Shown one piece after another: positions 19,890-31,197 of a stretch of DNA of 64,000 nt. Within the stretch, counting starts at the first letter, position 1, and each line of letters begins with the position of its first letter. Source of the stretch: Nitrosopumilaceae archaeon (GTDB lineage: Archaea; Thermoproteota; Nitrososphaeria; Nitrososphaerales; Nitrosopumilaceae); contig OZ242365.1 in NCBI GenBank assembly GCA_965208905.1, forward strand, positions 256,001 to 320,000, written 5' to 3'. The position numbers were made by a program, and so were the translations under genes. A model generated the notes under the pieces. It was not told the DNA's origin. It ran no database searches and saw nothing but the letters and a program-made list of their open reading frames with translations.

Positions 19890-21276
19890 CCGCGGTTATT
19901 ACAGAGAATGCGGTAAGTACTAAATCTACGCGACCATCCATACCATGTCTGGCGTTTATGCCGGTTATAGACAGTCTATCGCCCTGCTTAAAATCTGCAG
20001 CCAAGAGGGCCTGATTGCGCCATCCTTTGACCCACATCTCTTTGGAGTCATCGCCCACATACATCTCCAAGAGTTGTATAGACTCGCCGCTACGGGTCTG
20101 CACATCACGCACCACCGGGTTTTGTAGTACTATAACCTCTATGCAATAGTCTTCACCAGGCTCGGCATCACCAATCCGGGTTCGTATGGCCTCTTTTGTT
20201 GGTATACTAAAGTCATCCTCCATGTTACGAATGTATGCATCCTCTTCCAGAGTGATGGATTTACCATATGCTTTTGTGGGCTGACATTCTATGACATCAT
20301 TCTCGCGGCATTTTATGGAGTGATTTGCCTGATCCATCAAAAAGTAGAGTATCTTGGCAGAGTCTACACATAACAAAAGATTGTTGCTTCGTTCGTTGGC
20401 AGATATTGAAATTATACGTAATGTTAGTGGGTCTTTAAGATCTCCATCTATCAATATCTGAGTTGAGTCGTTTCCATGTATCTCTAAATCCTGTTGTCCT
20501 TGTTTTCCCCGTACCCCTAAAAGTTTCACTTTGGCTTTAGGTTTTATCATCTTCGGCATTGCAGAATCATCCAAGCCCCAAAGGACCACCCTGTAGCTTG
20601 TGCCATTCTCTCCACGAATCCGCATTCTTAGTGCCGTGCTAGGCATACCCCGACTATTGGTAAAGTTCATGGTACTCACCATGCCGTCCAACTCCCCAGC
20701 TACTATGGCATCACGATCCGCCTCGGTTATATCAATCGGATCTACAGCCATGTCGTCTATGCCGGGTATATCAGGTAGATCATCTACAGTCTCAATCTGG
20801 CCGCCATCTCCCAAGTTTATATTCAATCCGCCATTATTATCACTCCTTACATAGCCACCAGATATGCGAATGGCATCTCCAGGTTTGAGACCATCTAGTA
20901 CAGCCAAGGACGCCACAGCATCCCACATCTTAACTGGACATCTTGTGTTCTCATCATAGACGGTCATGGTACGCAAGGCCAATGGTGAGTTATCCTTGCG
21001 TGTGAGATTTTTTGTTTTGGATACGCCCATTACACGGACCTCCACCTGTATATCCTTGGCTCCCGAATAGATATCCTTAAGTTTCATCTGTGAATCCAAT
21101 GGTTCAGAGAGTTGTACGCCAGCATCGGACGCCACCAGAAACAAGGCGCCCTGATCAGTAAGATAGCCAGCACCAATGTGTCGTTTTTTTATCTCTATCT
21201 GGTGAAGTATATCATCACGAGTAAGATTTGAATTTGATTCCAAAAGCTTGCTCATCAAGACTTCAAAGTCATCCAT
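19867..21276 (-). CDS. Multi-OB-fold single-stranded DNA-binding protein (RPA-like)
   Basis: GAGYLTDQGALFLVASD N-term; repeated OB folds (V.MWD, VVLWG, VKGWR). Confidence 0.85.
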   Translation of the reverse strand: MDDFEVLMSKLLESNSNLTRDDILHQIEIKKRHIGAGYLTDQGALFLVASDAGVQLSEPLDSQMKLKDIYSGAKDIQVEVRVMGVSKTKNLTRKDNSPLALRTMTVYDENTRCPVKMWDAVASLAVLDGLKPGDAIRISGGYVRSDNNGGLNINLGDGGQIETVDDLPDIPGIDDMAVDPIDITEADRDAIVAGELDGMVSTMNFTNSRGMPSTALRMRIRGENGTSYRVVLWGLDDSAMPKMIKPKAKVKLLGVRGKQGQQDLEIHGNDSTQILIDGDLKDPLTLRIISISANERSNNLLLCVDSAKILYFLMDQANHSIKCRENDVIECQPTKAYGKSITLEEDAYIRNMEDDFSIPTKEAIRTRIGDAEPGEDYCIEVIVLQNPVVRDVQTRSGESIQLLEMYVGDDSKEMWVKGWRNQALLAADFKQGDRLSITGINARHGMDGRVDLVLTAFSVITAATDPKTL

Positions 21277-21557
21277 ATGAGATTTGATATTTTTAGTATA
21301 ATTAAGACTTGCTAAAATTATGTCCTCCAGAAACACCTGTGTGTCTATATAATGATATATGATTGAAAAAGTCTGCGATTATGTCTCCGGTATGGGAGTG
21401 ACATCATGTATTTTAGCTGCATCTATGGCATCTATGTTATGTAGAGATTTTGATTATACTTTAAAGATCGTATGTTGACAATCCCATATACACTAGTAAA
21501 CATTCTGTACAACATAGTGATTAGTTAAATTGGTGAAATATTTTGTATATAGATATA

Positions 21558-22502
21558 ATGAAGAGTATCTCTGCAACCAACCTCTCAAAATCATATGGGG
21601 ATTTGGTTGCAGTAAATGGTATAGACATTCAAGTAGAAGCAGGGCACGCCTTTGGTTTTTTGGGATCTAATGGTGCTGGAAAATCTACAACCATAAAGAT
21701 GCTCACCACACTAATTCAGCCCACCCGAGGCAAATTGGATATTCTAGGAATAGATGCTCTTCGAAATCCTCTAAAGGTTAGAGACAGAATAGGAGTCGTA
21801 CTGCAGCAGCCCAGCTATGAGCCCACTTTAAGTGTAGAAAAGTCACTAACAAAGTATGGTATGATGTGGAATATGTCTTCGGATGAACGGCAAAGACGGG
21901 CAGAGCAACTGTTGCACGACTTTGAACTGACCAATTTAAAAAAGAGAAGAAATGAGGATTTGTCCATAGGGCAACGACGACGTGTGCAAGTTGCTCGTGA
22001 ATTTATGCACGATATGGACCTGCTGTTTTTGGATGAGCCAACCGTGGGATTGGATCCCGCAGCCAGAAAAAGTCTGCTGGACTACCTTAAAGAGAAGGTG
22101 AGGGGTGGCCTGACCATATTTTACACCACACATGTACTCAGTGAGGCCGACTATCTATGTGATGAGATCGCCATTATAAAAGAGGGAGAGATATTGGTGT
22201 CAGATACTCCCTCATCCATCAAAAAAAAGATGAGGCGTAAAAAAATCATAACTCTGCGCACCAACGTCAACGATACGACGGCCAGGGAGGTTCTGACAGG
22301 AATAAACGACTGCACAGTGGAGAGTGGTATGGGAGCACATGTTGTAATTGAGTCCACTGAACCAGAAGAGACACTGCTGAGGGTGTTGAGCCGCTTGCAT
22401 CAAAATAATATAAAAATGCGCGAGATATCTGCTGAGGCAGCGACACTTGAAGATATATTTTTGGAGACTGTAGGTAATGCACCCCATAATTCGACTGATT
22501 AA
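21558..22502 (+). CDS. ABC transporter ATP-binding subunit (DrrA-like)
   Basis: GSNGAGKST, LSIGQRRR, LFLDEPTVGLD, TTH. Confidence 0.93.
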   Translation: MKSISATNLSKSYGDLVAVNGIDIQVEAGHAFGFLGSNGAGKSTTIKMLTTLIQPTRGKLDILGIDALRNPLKVRDRIGVVLQQPSYEPTLSVEKSLTKYGMMWNMSSDERQRRAEQLLHDFELTNLKKRRNEDLSIGQRRRVQVAREFMHDMDLLFLDEPTVGLDPAARKSLLDYLKEKVRGGLTIFYTTHVLSEADYLCDEIAIIKEGEILVSDTPSSIKKKMRRKKIITLRTNVNDTTAREVLTGINDCTVESGMGAHVVIESTEPEETLLRVLSRLHQNNIKMREISAEAATLEDIFLETVGNAPHNSTD

Positions 22503-23238
22503 TAGAAATCTGACTGTATCTTTGAATCCTGGATTTCTGCTTTGGCAGGTCATCTTTCCATTGATCTATATATTTATAGCTGGTTTTGCCTACACAACCC
22601 TCATACCTAGTGTGCCGTACGGTGTGGCCACCGTAGGGTATCCAGCATACCTGGCCACAGGCATGATCGGTTTTAACATAATGAATAGTACGCTGGTATC
22701 AGGTCTTTTAATCTGGAATGACCGTCGGCATGGAATGTTTGAGCAGATAATGTCTGGACCCTTTACACGAATGCAGTATGTCATTGCCAACATATGTACA
22801 ATTGGCATAATCGGTATAGTTAGCGCGGTATTAATTATACTGGTGGGATTTCCTGTATTTCAGGAGTCTGTGGAATTTTCCGTATATACAGTGCCAATTT
22901 TAGTTATAGCGTCCATATCAGGATCAGTACTGTTTGGGTCTCTAGCCTCAATTATATCCACAAGAATAAGATCCAGTGAGAGTTTTAATGTCATACTAAA
23001 TACGACGTTTCTTTTTTTGGCTTTTGCCAGTACGGCCTTTTATCCTGCGCAAGGGGCTCCTCCAGAATTGAGTGCAATCTTTTACGCTAGTCCCCTAACA
23101 TATCTAGTGGATAGCATAAGAGCGGGAATATTTGGTGGCATAACGGAGATTATATTAATTGAGATGTCAATTTTGGTGGTTTTAGCGGCAGTATTGTTTA
23201 CGGTAGCAACCAAAATGATGACAAAGTTGAACTTTTAG
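22477..23238 (+). CDS. ABC-2 type permease
   Basis: About six TM segments, SPLTYLVDSIR; overlaps the ATPase gene. Confidence 0.9.
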   Translation: MHPIIRLINRNLTVSLNPGFLLWQVIFPLIYIFIAGFAYTTLIPSVPYGVATVGYPAYLATGMIGFNIMNSTLVSGLLIWNDRRHGMFEQIMSGPFTRMQYVIANICTIGIIGIVSAVLIILVGFPVFQESVEFSVYTVPILVIASISGSVLFGSLASIISTRIRSSESFNVILNTTFLFLAFASTAFYPAQGAPPELSAIFYASPLTYLVDSIRAGIFGGITEIILIEMSILVVLAAVLFTVATKMMTKLNF

Positions 23239-23568
23239 TTGAACCATATGTTTAAAGGTGCACTACAAAGTTTAAATGTATAATTTTTTTATTGTTTTTG
23301 AATATTCAGTATAAATTTGGCCATATTACAGATACAAACTTCAAAAATAGTCTAATATTCGTGTAGAATAGCCACACTATACAATACTTGGGTTTGGCAT
23401 TATGTATGTTAATATTTGACTCTACTGTACACGATATATAATAAAAATACCAGTTGTATATTGCCTAAATGTAGAATTTGATTTGGTTGATTACCAATTT
23501 TATATTTAGTATCTAAAATTATTAATAAATACTACATAATAGAATATTTGCCATACCATACGGTAAAT

Positions 23569-24615
23569 CTAGTCCAGGATGGTGCGTATGTTATCCATCA
23601 ATATGTCGTATGGATCTTGCATTACACATAATATTTGGTGAGCCTTCTTTTGTATAATATGTCTGTCACTTAACATAGCGTGTTTAATTGATTTTATTAT
23701 ATTGTCAGTATGCATTAAAATGCCTAATTCCATCAGGTATCTCTCATTTATGGTTGGTGTTGTATCATGTAATATTGTAGGTATACCCCGCAGGGCTGCC
23801 TCTGCGATCATGGCACCGTTATAGCCAACCATAACGTCACAACGTGAGAAGAGTTTTTGGCTGTCAAATGCTTGATTTAATATTATTACATTATCAAAAG
23901 ATTGTAGTGATTTTATTTGGTTGGCATCCTGCGTTAACACAACTATATTGTATTGAGGGAACTCATTTATGATATCAATTATTGAATTATTATGTATATT
24001 AAGTACTATGGTCTTTTTGTTGGGTTGAAGATTTAGTGATTTAGCACTCCAAAGTGGTGTGGGTCTGTTGTGTACGATTAAATATTCATCAAGGGCAGAA
24101 TATTGCACTATATTATCGGCGGTTATTCCGTATCTGGTAAACTCTGTTACTTGTATATAGCTTGGTGTAAATAATTTTGTAATTAGTGGGATGGATCGTC
24201 GGCATATACTCTCATTATATGGTGTGTTGCTAAATCCCATATGTGGTATGCCCAAACCAAATGACACTCTGGACGCCTCAATGGAGCAGGAGCTGATGAC
24301 GACATCTGGCTTAAACTTCTGTGCTAAACTTGACAGTGCCGCTGCGCGGTCCACCTGTATGGTTAATCTCTGTGACCTGTCTGTGCCGCCAAACTCCCCT
24401 ACCTGTGTGGGGCATAGATTACGAATACTACATAACTCTGCCACCATCGGACTGCTCCCGGTTGTAAACAGTACATCATGATTGATACTAATCCGTTCCA
24501 TTATAGACTCAAAAAAGAGCAACTCTTTTGGTGTTGTGACATCAAACCATATCTTTAATCTGTAACTCTCTGGGGCGGTATTTGGTATCATCTGTCTTAC
24601 GGTGAATTTCTCCAT
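23569..24615 (-). CDS. DUF354 family protein (GT-B fold glycosyltransferase-like)
   Basis: KIWFDVTTPKELLFF, KPDVVIS, LGIP, GAMIAEAALRGIPTI. Confidence 0.8.
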   Translation of the reverse strand: MEKFTVRQMIPNTAPESYRLKIWFDVTTPKELLFFESIMERISINHDVLFTTGSSPMVAELCSIRNLCPTQVGEFGGTDRSQRLTIQVDRAAALSSLAQKFKPDVVISSCSIEASRVSFGLGIPHMGFSNTPYNESICRRSIPLITKLFTPSYIQVTEFTRYGITADNIVQYSALDEYLIVHNRPTPLWSAKSLNLQPNKKTIVLNIHNNSIIDIINEFPQYNIVVLTQDANQIKSLQSFDNVIILNQAFDSQKLFSRCDVMVGYNGAMIAEAALRGIPTILHDTTPTINERYLMELGILMHTDNIIKSIKHAMLSDRHIIQKKAHQILCVMQDPYDILMDNIRTILD

Positions 24616-24648
24616 ATATGCTTGTTTTTTATATATAATGAAATTATA

Positions 24649-24721
24649 TAGCCCGGCCCAGATTCGAACTGGGGCCAAGGGCTCCAAAGGCCCCTATGCT
24701 TGACCTCTACACTACCGGGCT
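24649..24721 (-). tRNA. tRNA-Gln (anticodon UUG)
   Basis: Reverse complement AGCCCGG TAGTGTAGAGGTCAAGCATA GGGGC CT TTG GA GCCCT ... CCCAG TTCGAAT CTGGG CCGGGCT A. Confidence 0.95.
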
Positions 24722-24916
24722 GCCACACTGTGGTTCATCCACCATTGGACTCGCCACATTAGCAGTATCTGCAATATGATATTTGGTGTTATTTGTGTTT
24801 GTTTATCTGGTTATCTATTCAACAAGCATCTTGCATATTCTGTTGCGCATATGATTGAAGATTACCAAGTTACACACCATAATATTATCACAAATCTACG
24901 TAGATTAGTTTCTTGC

Positions 24917-25170
24917 TCAAAGTGGATGATGCTCATAATTATACCATATGAATGATATCATGGGAGCCCACCGCAAGATCCTATAATACTTGTCTTGTTC
25001 ACTCTTGCCCTGCTCACTTTTGGATGTTATACTCACCAGATGTTTGGCGGCCTTTGTATATGTCCTCATAAATTTCTGTGCCGCTCTGTCTTTTAGAGGC
25101 GTGTAATACACTGATTATCATAGTCGGGACTACAGTTTATCAACCCAACTCTGCTGACCACCGTCCAACT
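24917..25170 (-). pseudogene. Probable degraded integrase-core (IS481/IS3-like) transposase fragment
   Basis: KHLV...QGKSE...FIWYNYEHH resembles the PQxNGKxER...YNxxRxH C-terminus seen intact at 63658-64000. Confidence 0.4.
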
Positions 25171-25225
25171 TTGCATGTAAAATCCAATACCATAAGTTTT
25201 TTTGGTCATACAACAATTCAAAGAC

Positions 25226-26323
25226 ATGGATAGTGTGGTTGTATATGGATTCAGCACCGAGGGATACAATCTTGCATCAAAGTTGGTGGAGCGAGGGATA
25301 AAGGTACAGCTTATAGATGAGACTTTAAGCTCGGCGGTCATGCTCAGACCAGAGATAGCAAAGATGTATCCTGATATGGCCACACTAAATGCGGATGAAC
25401 CCTTGATGGATGCGGTACCTGTCAAAACTGCAGTCTCAGAGGCAAAGTGCCTCTTCTTTGCGCCTCGCATTCGTAGAACAGGCAGTGACTGTAAGATGGA
25501 GGTATACTCAAAGTTCAAGGATGCGATAACATATCTGAGTAAGGGTAGCTCATTTGTGTGTAGTATACCAGTTGGTTTGGGAGGAAACATGCAGAACATG
25601 TCCGTACTGAAGCATATAACGGGTATCGAAGCGGGAAAGGGTATATCGTACTATTACTATCCGCTAAACGCCCATCAGCACACAAGTATAGTTGGAACCA
25701 TCCGGGGAAATGAAAATACTGAATTAGTGAATATATTAGATGAAGATTTGCTATTTATTCCCATGTCAATGGCAGAAAGAGAGCATGCGATTAATATACT
25801 CTCAAAATTTGGCAATACCATTAGTAAGATAGAGATGTATAGATATGGGGCTCACACGTCGGATATTCTGCCATATACCAGTGAGACATTCTTGGATGAT
25901 ATGGTGGATGGTCTTCTGGACTTGCAGTTAATCAAGGACTCTAAAGATAATGTAACACACGTATCATATCTTATAAAGGGAGGAATTCGGGCCATAGAGA
26001 CATATATAAAAAAAATGATTGAGAGTATCAAAAATATAGCCCGGGAGAGAGGACTTCGAATGAGTCGTACCGACGTTATAATATCCTGGCAGATAGACAG
26101 ATACGGTATCCGGGGAGACCGACTAGAAGTGCTACAAACCCTCATGACAAAACTTCAAGACTACACCAGCAGGGTAGAACAGTGCAATACATTAGAGAAC
26201 TTTTATGTCAATCGAACAACACTGGTGATAGCCTGCTCAAAATCCAACTACGAGGAAGCAAAAGCGCGCCAGGATGATATGGAGTCAATAATAATAAAGG
26301 CAACACCCACAGTCTCGGTTTGA
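25226..26323 (+). CDS. Hypothetical protein, divergent UDP-glucose/GDP-mannose dehydrogenase-like fold
   Basis: N-terminal VVVYGFSTEGY degenerate Rossmann motif, LSKGSSFV..SIP.G.G; directly upstream of grpE. Confidence 0.55.
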   Translation: MDSVVVYGFSTEGYNLASKLVERGIKVQLIDETLSSAVMLRPEIAKMYPDMATLNADEPLMDAVPVKTAVSEAKCLFFAPRIRRTGSDCKMEVYSKFKDAITYLSKGSSFVCSIPVGLGGNMQNMSVLKHITGIEAGKGISYYYYPLNAHQHTSIVGTIRGNENTELVNILDEDLLFIPMSMAEREHAINILSKFGNTISKIEMYRYGAHTSDILPYTSETFLDDMVDGLLDLQLIKDSKDNVTHVSYLIKGGIRAIETYIKKMIESIKNIARERGLRMSRTDVIISWQIDRYGIRGDRLEVLQTLMTKLQDYTSRVEQCNTLENFYVNRTTLVIACSKSNYEEAKARQDDMESIIIKATPTVSV

Positions 26324-26357
26324 GATCTATAAATTAGCATTTAATTACAATACAGCA

Positions 26358-26861
26358 ATGTCTCAAGAAGTAGATGGTGTTCCCGATGAGACAACAACTA
26401 ATAGCGAGCCTCCAGAATCTGAAACAGAAGAGTCCAAATGCGCAGAGTTTGAGGAAAAGTACAAACGGGCGCTCGCAGATTATATAAATCTGGAGAGAAG
26501 AACCGAGGCAACCATTCGTGATGGTATAAACCAAAAGGTAGATGCAATTATGAGAGATTTTTTGAGTATATACGATGACTTTGAACGTGCCCGGGATGCC
26601 TACAAAGCGCAGAATATAGATACAGAAGGTCTGGACTCTGTACTCAAGAACGCCACTACAATGTTGACAAAGAACAACGTTACTCCTATGAATGCGGTGG
26701 GGGCGATACTAGATACAAATTTGCATGAGCCCATGCGCATGGTAGAGAATTCGGATTATGAGGAGAATACAGTGATAAACGAGTTAAGAAAAGGATATAT
26801 TATCAATGATAGAGTTTTAAGAACAGCTTTGGTAGAGGTATCAACGAAAGGTGAGCAGTAA
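26358..26861 (+). CDS. grpE: Nucleotide exchange factor GrpE
   Basis: RALADYINLERR, DDFERA, LHE, RKGY....RVLRTALV. Confidence 0.93.
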   Translation: MSQEVDGVPDETTTNSEPPESETEESKCAEFEEKYKRALADYINLERRTEATIRDGINQKVDAIMRDFLSIYDDFERARDAYKAQNIDTEGLDSVLKNATTMLTKNNVTPMNAVGAILDTNLHEPMRMVENSDYEENTVINELRKGYIINDRVLRTALVEVSTKGEQ

Positions 26862-28700
26862 TTGGTAAAAGTGATAGGAATAGATTTAGGAACAAGTAAT
26901 TCAGCGGCAGCAGTTATGACTGCTGGCAAGCCAACCATAATACCTGCGGCCGAGGGGGCCTCGGTGGGAGGCAAGGCATTTCCCTCGATAGTTGCATTCT
27001 CCAATGATGGTCAACTATTAGTCGGGGAACCTGCCAGGAGACAGGCAGTGACTAATCCAAATAATACCATCACGGCTGCCAAACGAAAGATGGGTACAGA
27101 GCATAAATTCATAATACAAGGCAAGGACTACAAGCCTCAACAGATATCCTCATTCATACTCCAAAAGATAAAGAGGGATGCAGAAGCGTTCACCGGAGAC
27201 ACTGTAGAGAAGGCAGTCATCACAGTTCCCGCATACTTTAATGACAACCAGAGGCAGGCTACCAAAGATGCCGGGACGATAGCTGGGCTTGATGTGGTAC
27301 GCATAATAAATGAGCCAACTGCAGCATCCTTGGCATTCGGGTTAGACAAAGCCGCTCAGGATTTGAAGATATTGGTATTTGACTTTGGTGGCGGTACGCT
27401 GGACGTCACGATAATGGAGATGGGTGGCGGCGTCTTTGAGGTCATGAGCACATCAGGAGATACACATCTTGGTGGCACTGACATGGATAAAGCCATAGAA
27501 GAGTATGTGTTAGATGAATTCCGCAGAAAAGAGGGGATAGATTTGTCAGAGGATGCTACAGCAATGACCCGTGTTCGGGAGGCAGTAGAGAAAGCAAAGA
27601 TAGAGTTGTCAAATATCATGGAGACAAACATCAACCTGCCGTTTATAGCCATGCATGAAAACAGTGCAAAGAATCTAGACGTACGTCTCACACGAGCCAA
27701 ACTAGAAGAGTTGGTCCGCCCCATAGTCGAGAGGTGTAAGACATCATTGGACAATGCAATAAGCGATGCAGATATCACTTTTGGTGACATAGGGCGCGTC
27801 GTTCTTGTGGGCGGCCCTACTCGCATGCCTGTGGTAAAAGAGTTTGTAGAGAGGGTTGTGGGAAGAGCACCTGAGGCGGGCGTAGATCCCATGGAGGCAG
27901 TTGCCATGGGTGCTGCCATACAGGCAGGTATAATCGCCGGTGATGTTCAAACTGATATAGTACTGTTAGATGTCACGCCGCTGACTCTGGGAATTGAGAC
28001 TTTGGGCGGAGTTCGCGAACCACTCATAGAAAGAAACACTACAATTCCCACATCCAAATCCAAGGTATTCACCACAGCGGCAGATAATCAAACCTCGGTT
28101 ACTATACATGTGGTTCAAGGGGAGAGGCCGATGGCAGCAGATAATGTATCGCTGGGCAGTTTCAGCCTGTCAGAGTTACCTCCGGCACCCCGAGGCGTGC
28201 CCCAAATTGAGGTAAAATTCGACATAGACACCAACGGAATAATAAATGTCACCGCCAAAGATTTGGGCACACAGAAGGAGGCAAAGATCACAATAGAGTC
28301 CAGTTCAAAGATGAACAAGGATGAGATAGAAAAATTGCGGGAGGATGCGGAACAGCACGCCAAAGACGACGAGGAGAAGTTAGAGAAGATAACACTGCGC
28401 AATGAGGCTGAAAGTTACATCTATACGGCTGAAAAGCTGATCACCCAAGATCTCAAAGACAAGATAAGTCAGGAGGATGGCATAAAGATAACTGATGCCA
28501 TCAAAGAGACTCGTGAGGTGTTAGACAAAGATGCAGAAGAACTAAAGGCAAAGTTGGATGCTCTAAAGGCTTTAGTAAATGAAGTTAGTACTCAAGCATA
28601 CCAAAAGGCCCAGCAAGCTAACGAAGCGCAGACTGGCCCGCAAGAGCCCTCTGACGAGCAGGCGCAGACCAATACTGATGAGAATGCTAAAACAAATTAA
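26862..28700 (+). CDS. dnaK: Chaperone DnaK (Hsp70)
   Basis: [46 protein letters not shown]; TTG start. Confidence 0.98.
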   Translation: MVKVIGIDLGTSNSAAAVMTAGKPTIIPAAEGASVGGKAFPSIVAFSNDGQLLVGEPARRQAVTNPNNTITAAKRKMGTEHKFIIQGKDYKPQQISSFILQKIKRDAEAFTGDTVEKAVITVPAYFNDNQRQATKDAGTIAGLDVVRIINEPTAASLAFGLDKAAQDLKILVFDFGGGTLDVTIMEMGGGVFEVMSTSGDTHLGGTDMDKAIEEYVLDEFRRKEGIDLSEDATAMTRVREAVEKAKIELSNIMETNINLPFIAMHENSAKNLDVRLTRAKLEELVRPIVERCKTSLDNAISDADITFGDIGRVVLVGGPTRMPVVKEFVERVVGRAPEAGVDPMEAVAMGAAIQAGIIAGDVQTDIVLLDVTPLTLGIETLGGVREPLIERNTTIPTSKSKVFTTAADNQTSVTIHVVQGERPMAADNVSLGSFSLSELPPAPRGVPQIEVKFDIDTNGIINVTAKDLGTQKEAKITIESSSKMNKDEIEKLREDAEQHAKDDEEKLEKITLRNEAESYIYTAEKLITQDLKDKISQEDGIKITDAIKETREVLDKDAEELKAKLDALKALVNEVSTQAYQKAQQANEAQTGPQEPSDEQAQTNTDENAKTN

Positions 28701-28723
28701 CGCGTCTGTGGGAACGAGTTGTA

Positions 28724-29773
28724 TTGAGCGCAAAACGCGACTATTATGAGGTGTTAGGTGTTGGCCGGGATGCTGAGGCTGATGAGATAAAGTCACAATA
28801 CAGAAAACTCGCCCTCAAATTTCACCCAGACAGAAACAAGTCTGCCGATGCTCCTGAGCACTTCAAAGAGATAGCAGAGGCGTATGCCGTACTCTCTGAT
28901 CCTGAGAAGAGACAGTTGTATGATCAGCGGGGCCACAAAGGTGTAGATGATCAGTACACCCGTGAGGACATATTTGGTGGTGGCGGGTTTGATGATATAT
29001 TTCAAAACATATTTGGGGGTGGATTTGGCCGAGGATTTGGCGGTGCTGAACAACAAGCAGAGGCGCTATTCAAAGAGGTCGAGGTGACGTTAGAGGAGGT
29101 GGCGCAAGGCAAGCGCATCAATCTTGACGTAGACAAAGATGTGCTGTGTGATAGTTGTTCTGGTAGTGGTTGCGCGCCTGGTACTAAAAAGGAGAGATGC
29201 GAGGTCTGTGGTGGAAGCGGTCAGACACAGACTACTAGAAATGTTGGATTTACGTCTTTTAGAACAGTTACACCATGTCGTAGGTGTCAGGGTTCGGGCT
29301 ATTACATAATGCATCCATGCAAAAAATGTAGGGGTGCGGGGCGACATCGTGGCAGAAAGGTGGTCACCTTTGACGTACCCCCCGGAGCAGAACAGGCAGA
29401 CTACCTACTGAGAGGGTCCGGACATGAGATGCCCAATGGTAGAAACGGTGACTTGATTGTACGTCTCCATATGAAGCCCCACAAATATTTTCGCAGAGAT
29501 GGATTTGACATATATTTTGATCATCATATCGATATTGTTGATGCCATTCTAGGTGGTAAGTTCAAGGTACCCACACTAAAGGGGGGTACGACATCGCTAA
29601 ATATTGATGCGGGAAGCCAGCCAAATACAATAATCAAGCTGCGAGGCAAGGGACTGCCCAAATCTAACGCATGGGGGAGTGGCGATATGTATGCTCGCGT
29701 AGTTGTAGACATACCAAGGAAGATAAACAAGCGTCAAAAAGACTTGTTATTTCAGTTCAAAGATGCGGTATAA
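28724..29773 (+). CDS. dnaJ: Chaperone DnaJ
   Basis: DYYEVLG, HPD, G/F-rich region, four CxxCxGxG. Confidence 0.97.
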   Translation: MSAKRDYYEVLGVGRDAEADEIKSQYRKLALKFHPDRNKSADAPEHFKEIAEAYAVLSDPEKRQLYDQRGHKGVDDQYTREDIFGGGGFDDIFQNIFGGGFGRGFGGAEQQAEALFKEVEVTLEEVAQGKRINLDVDKDVLCDSCSGSGCAPGTKKERCEVCGGSGQTQTTRNVGFTSFRTVTPCRRCQGSGYYIMHPCKKCRGAGRHRGRKVVTFDVPPGAEQADYLLRGSGHEMPNGRNGDLIVRLHMKPHKYFRRDGFDIYFDHHIDIVDAILGGKFKVPTLKGGTTSLNIDAGSQPNTIIKLRGKGLPKSNAWGSGDMYARVVVDIPRKINKRQKDLLFQFKDAV

Positions 29774-29811
29774 CAGAAAGGTATTATTTCCGAATATATG
29801 ATAAAATCAAT

Positions 29812-29896
29812 GCGGGAGTCGCCCAGCCTGGCCAAAGGCGTAAGGTTCAGGTCCTTATCTCTTAGGAGTTCGTGGGTTCAAATCCCATCTCCCGCA
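29812..29896 (+). tRNA. tRNA-Leu (anticodon CAG)
   Basis: GCGGGAG...TAAGG TT CAG GT CCTTA, long variable arm, GTGGG TTCAAAT CCCAT CTCCCGC A. Confidence 0.96.
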
Positions 29897-30169
29897 TTAT
29901 ACACATCTTGCGCAGTACGTATTGTGTGGTAAACTTACATGAATAAGTTTGTGGTTTCCGCATGACGGTGAAGGGCGGCAGCTTAAGGGAGGCGAGAGAG
30001 TTTGCTATGTGTAGGCGATGAGTCATCATCTCTGGATGATCGCCTGGGTGTATCATATTGTGCTGCTGGTGCAGGGCGGCCGGATGAGATTCTGGGGGTT
30101 TTATACTAGTGGAACACACCCTCCAAATATGATCAAGCAGCAGAGTCTCTGGTTCAAAGGGAGGCAGTA

Positions 30170-30898
30170 TTGGCCATCATATATAATGAACTTGCAGATA
30201 ATACATCACACTTGTCTGTGAATGAGATAGCAGAGTCATTGGATTTGTTGGAAGAAGAGTGGGAGATAGATGCCACATTAAGGAAGTTCATACTAGGGGA
30301 GGTCAAAAGTAGTGATTACACGCATACCATAGGCGATGTCACGTTTCACATACCGTATTTGATTGATCATAACAAGTACGTGTTATGGAAGTGTTACTGG
30401 CCGGACTGCCACAACTGTTGTGAGCGCCAGGGTAGACTACCTTTGACATCTGATGATCTAATCAGTATAAAGTCAACTCTAAACTATTCTAAACTCTCAG
30501 AGTTCATAGAAAAAGAGACGGTAGTAGCTACATGGCAAGAGCCAACAGCCATCATGTCAGGAATAAATTTGAAGCGCAAAGATGATGAGACTGACAAAGA
30601 TGATGGGACTAGAATTCCATGCAGGTTTTTGGATGATAAAGGCTCATGCAAGATACATCCATCAAGACCCGGAGTGTGTTACTTGTATCCATTCAGTACA
30701 TGGTTGGAGAGTCATGGTGGTCAGGCTCGCATACAGGCGACATACCAGTTTACTGGAGACTGCCCAGGATTTTATCTGGGCGATACCATTACAGAGATGA
30801 AAGATATACTAGATGAGTATTCAGGTGTAATAGCAAGATATAGTGTACAGTATGCTCGAACCTCACGAGAAGGTTATGGTGCTGCCAGTATATTATAG
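30170..30898 (+). CDS. YkgJ/UPF0153 family Cys-cluster (Fe-S/Zn) protein
   Basis: CYWPDCHNCC, CRFLD...CKIH..RPGVCYLYPF, CPG; exact start uncertain. Confidence 0.85.
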   Translation: MAIIYNELADNTSHLSVNEIAESLDLLEEEWEIDATLRKFILGEVKSSDYTHTIGDVTFHIPYLIDHNKYVLWKCYWPDCHNCCERQGRLPLTSDDLISIKSTLNYSKLSEFIEKETVVATWQEPTAIMSGINLKRKDDETDKDDGTRIPCRFLDDKGSCKIHPSRPGVCYLYPFSTWLESHGGQARIQATYQFTGDCPGFYLGDTITEMKDILDEYSGVIARYSVQYARTSREGYGAASIL

Positions 30899-31066
30899 GC
30901 CAGGCCTATCGGGTATGTAGTCAGCTGCCATGTTGATGGCAGCATCCTTCATTATCTCAAGATAACTATCATAGTCAGCCTCAAACCCACAGTGCGTACA
31001 TTTTACATGTGTCACATCATCATCGAGTATGGCTACTCTGTTACACTCAGGACAGCGTGCATCCAT
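30893..31066 (-). CDS. Small zinc-ribbon protein (57 aa, absent from ORF track)
   Basis: MDARCPECNRVAILDDDVTHVKCTHCGFEADYDSYLEIMKDAAINMAADYIPDRPGL; two CxxC motifs. Confidence 0.8.
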   Translation of the reverse strand: MDARCPECNRVAILDDDVTHVKCTHCGFEADYDSYLEIMKDAAINMAADYIPDRPGL

Positions 31067-31122
31067 TATACATTAAGTATGTGAATTAACCTATTTAATT
31101 GCGTCTGCATATGGTTTCTTGG

Positions 31123-31196
31123 GCGGTGCTGGTCTAGCCAGGTAGGACGCCAGCTTCCCAAGCTGGTTATCGCGGGTTCAAATCCCGCGCACCGCA
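31123..31196 (+). tRNA. tRNA-Gly (anticodon CCC)
   Basis: GCGGTGC...CCAGC TT CCC AA GCTGG...GCGGG TTCAAAT CCCGC GCACCGC A. Confidence 0.96.
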
Positions 31197-31197
31197 C

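Noticed and set aside
21359-21478. 39-aa ORF resembling a GNAT C-terminus
   Set aside because: Similarity too weak
23240-23568. AT-rich spacer as a replication origin
   Set aside because: No ORB repeats and no cdc6/orc1 nearby
29900-30150. Possible IS relic or att site after tRNA-Leu
   Set aside because: No tRNA 3' duplication seen and no convincing transposase motif
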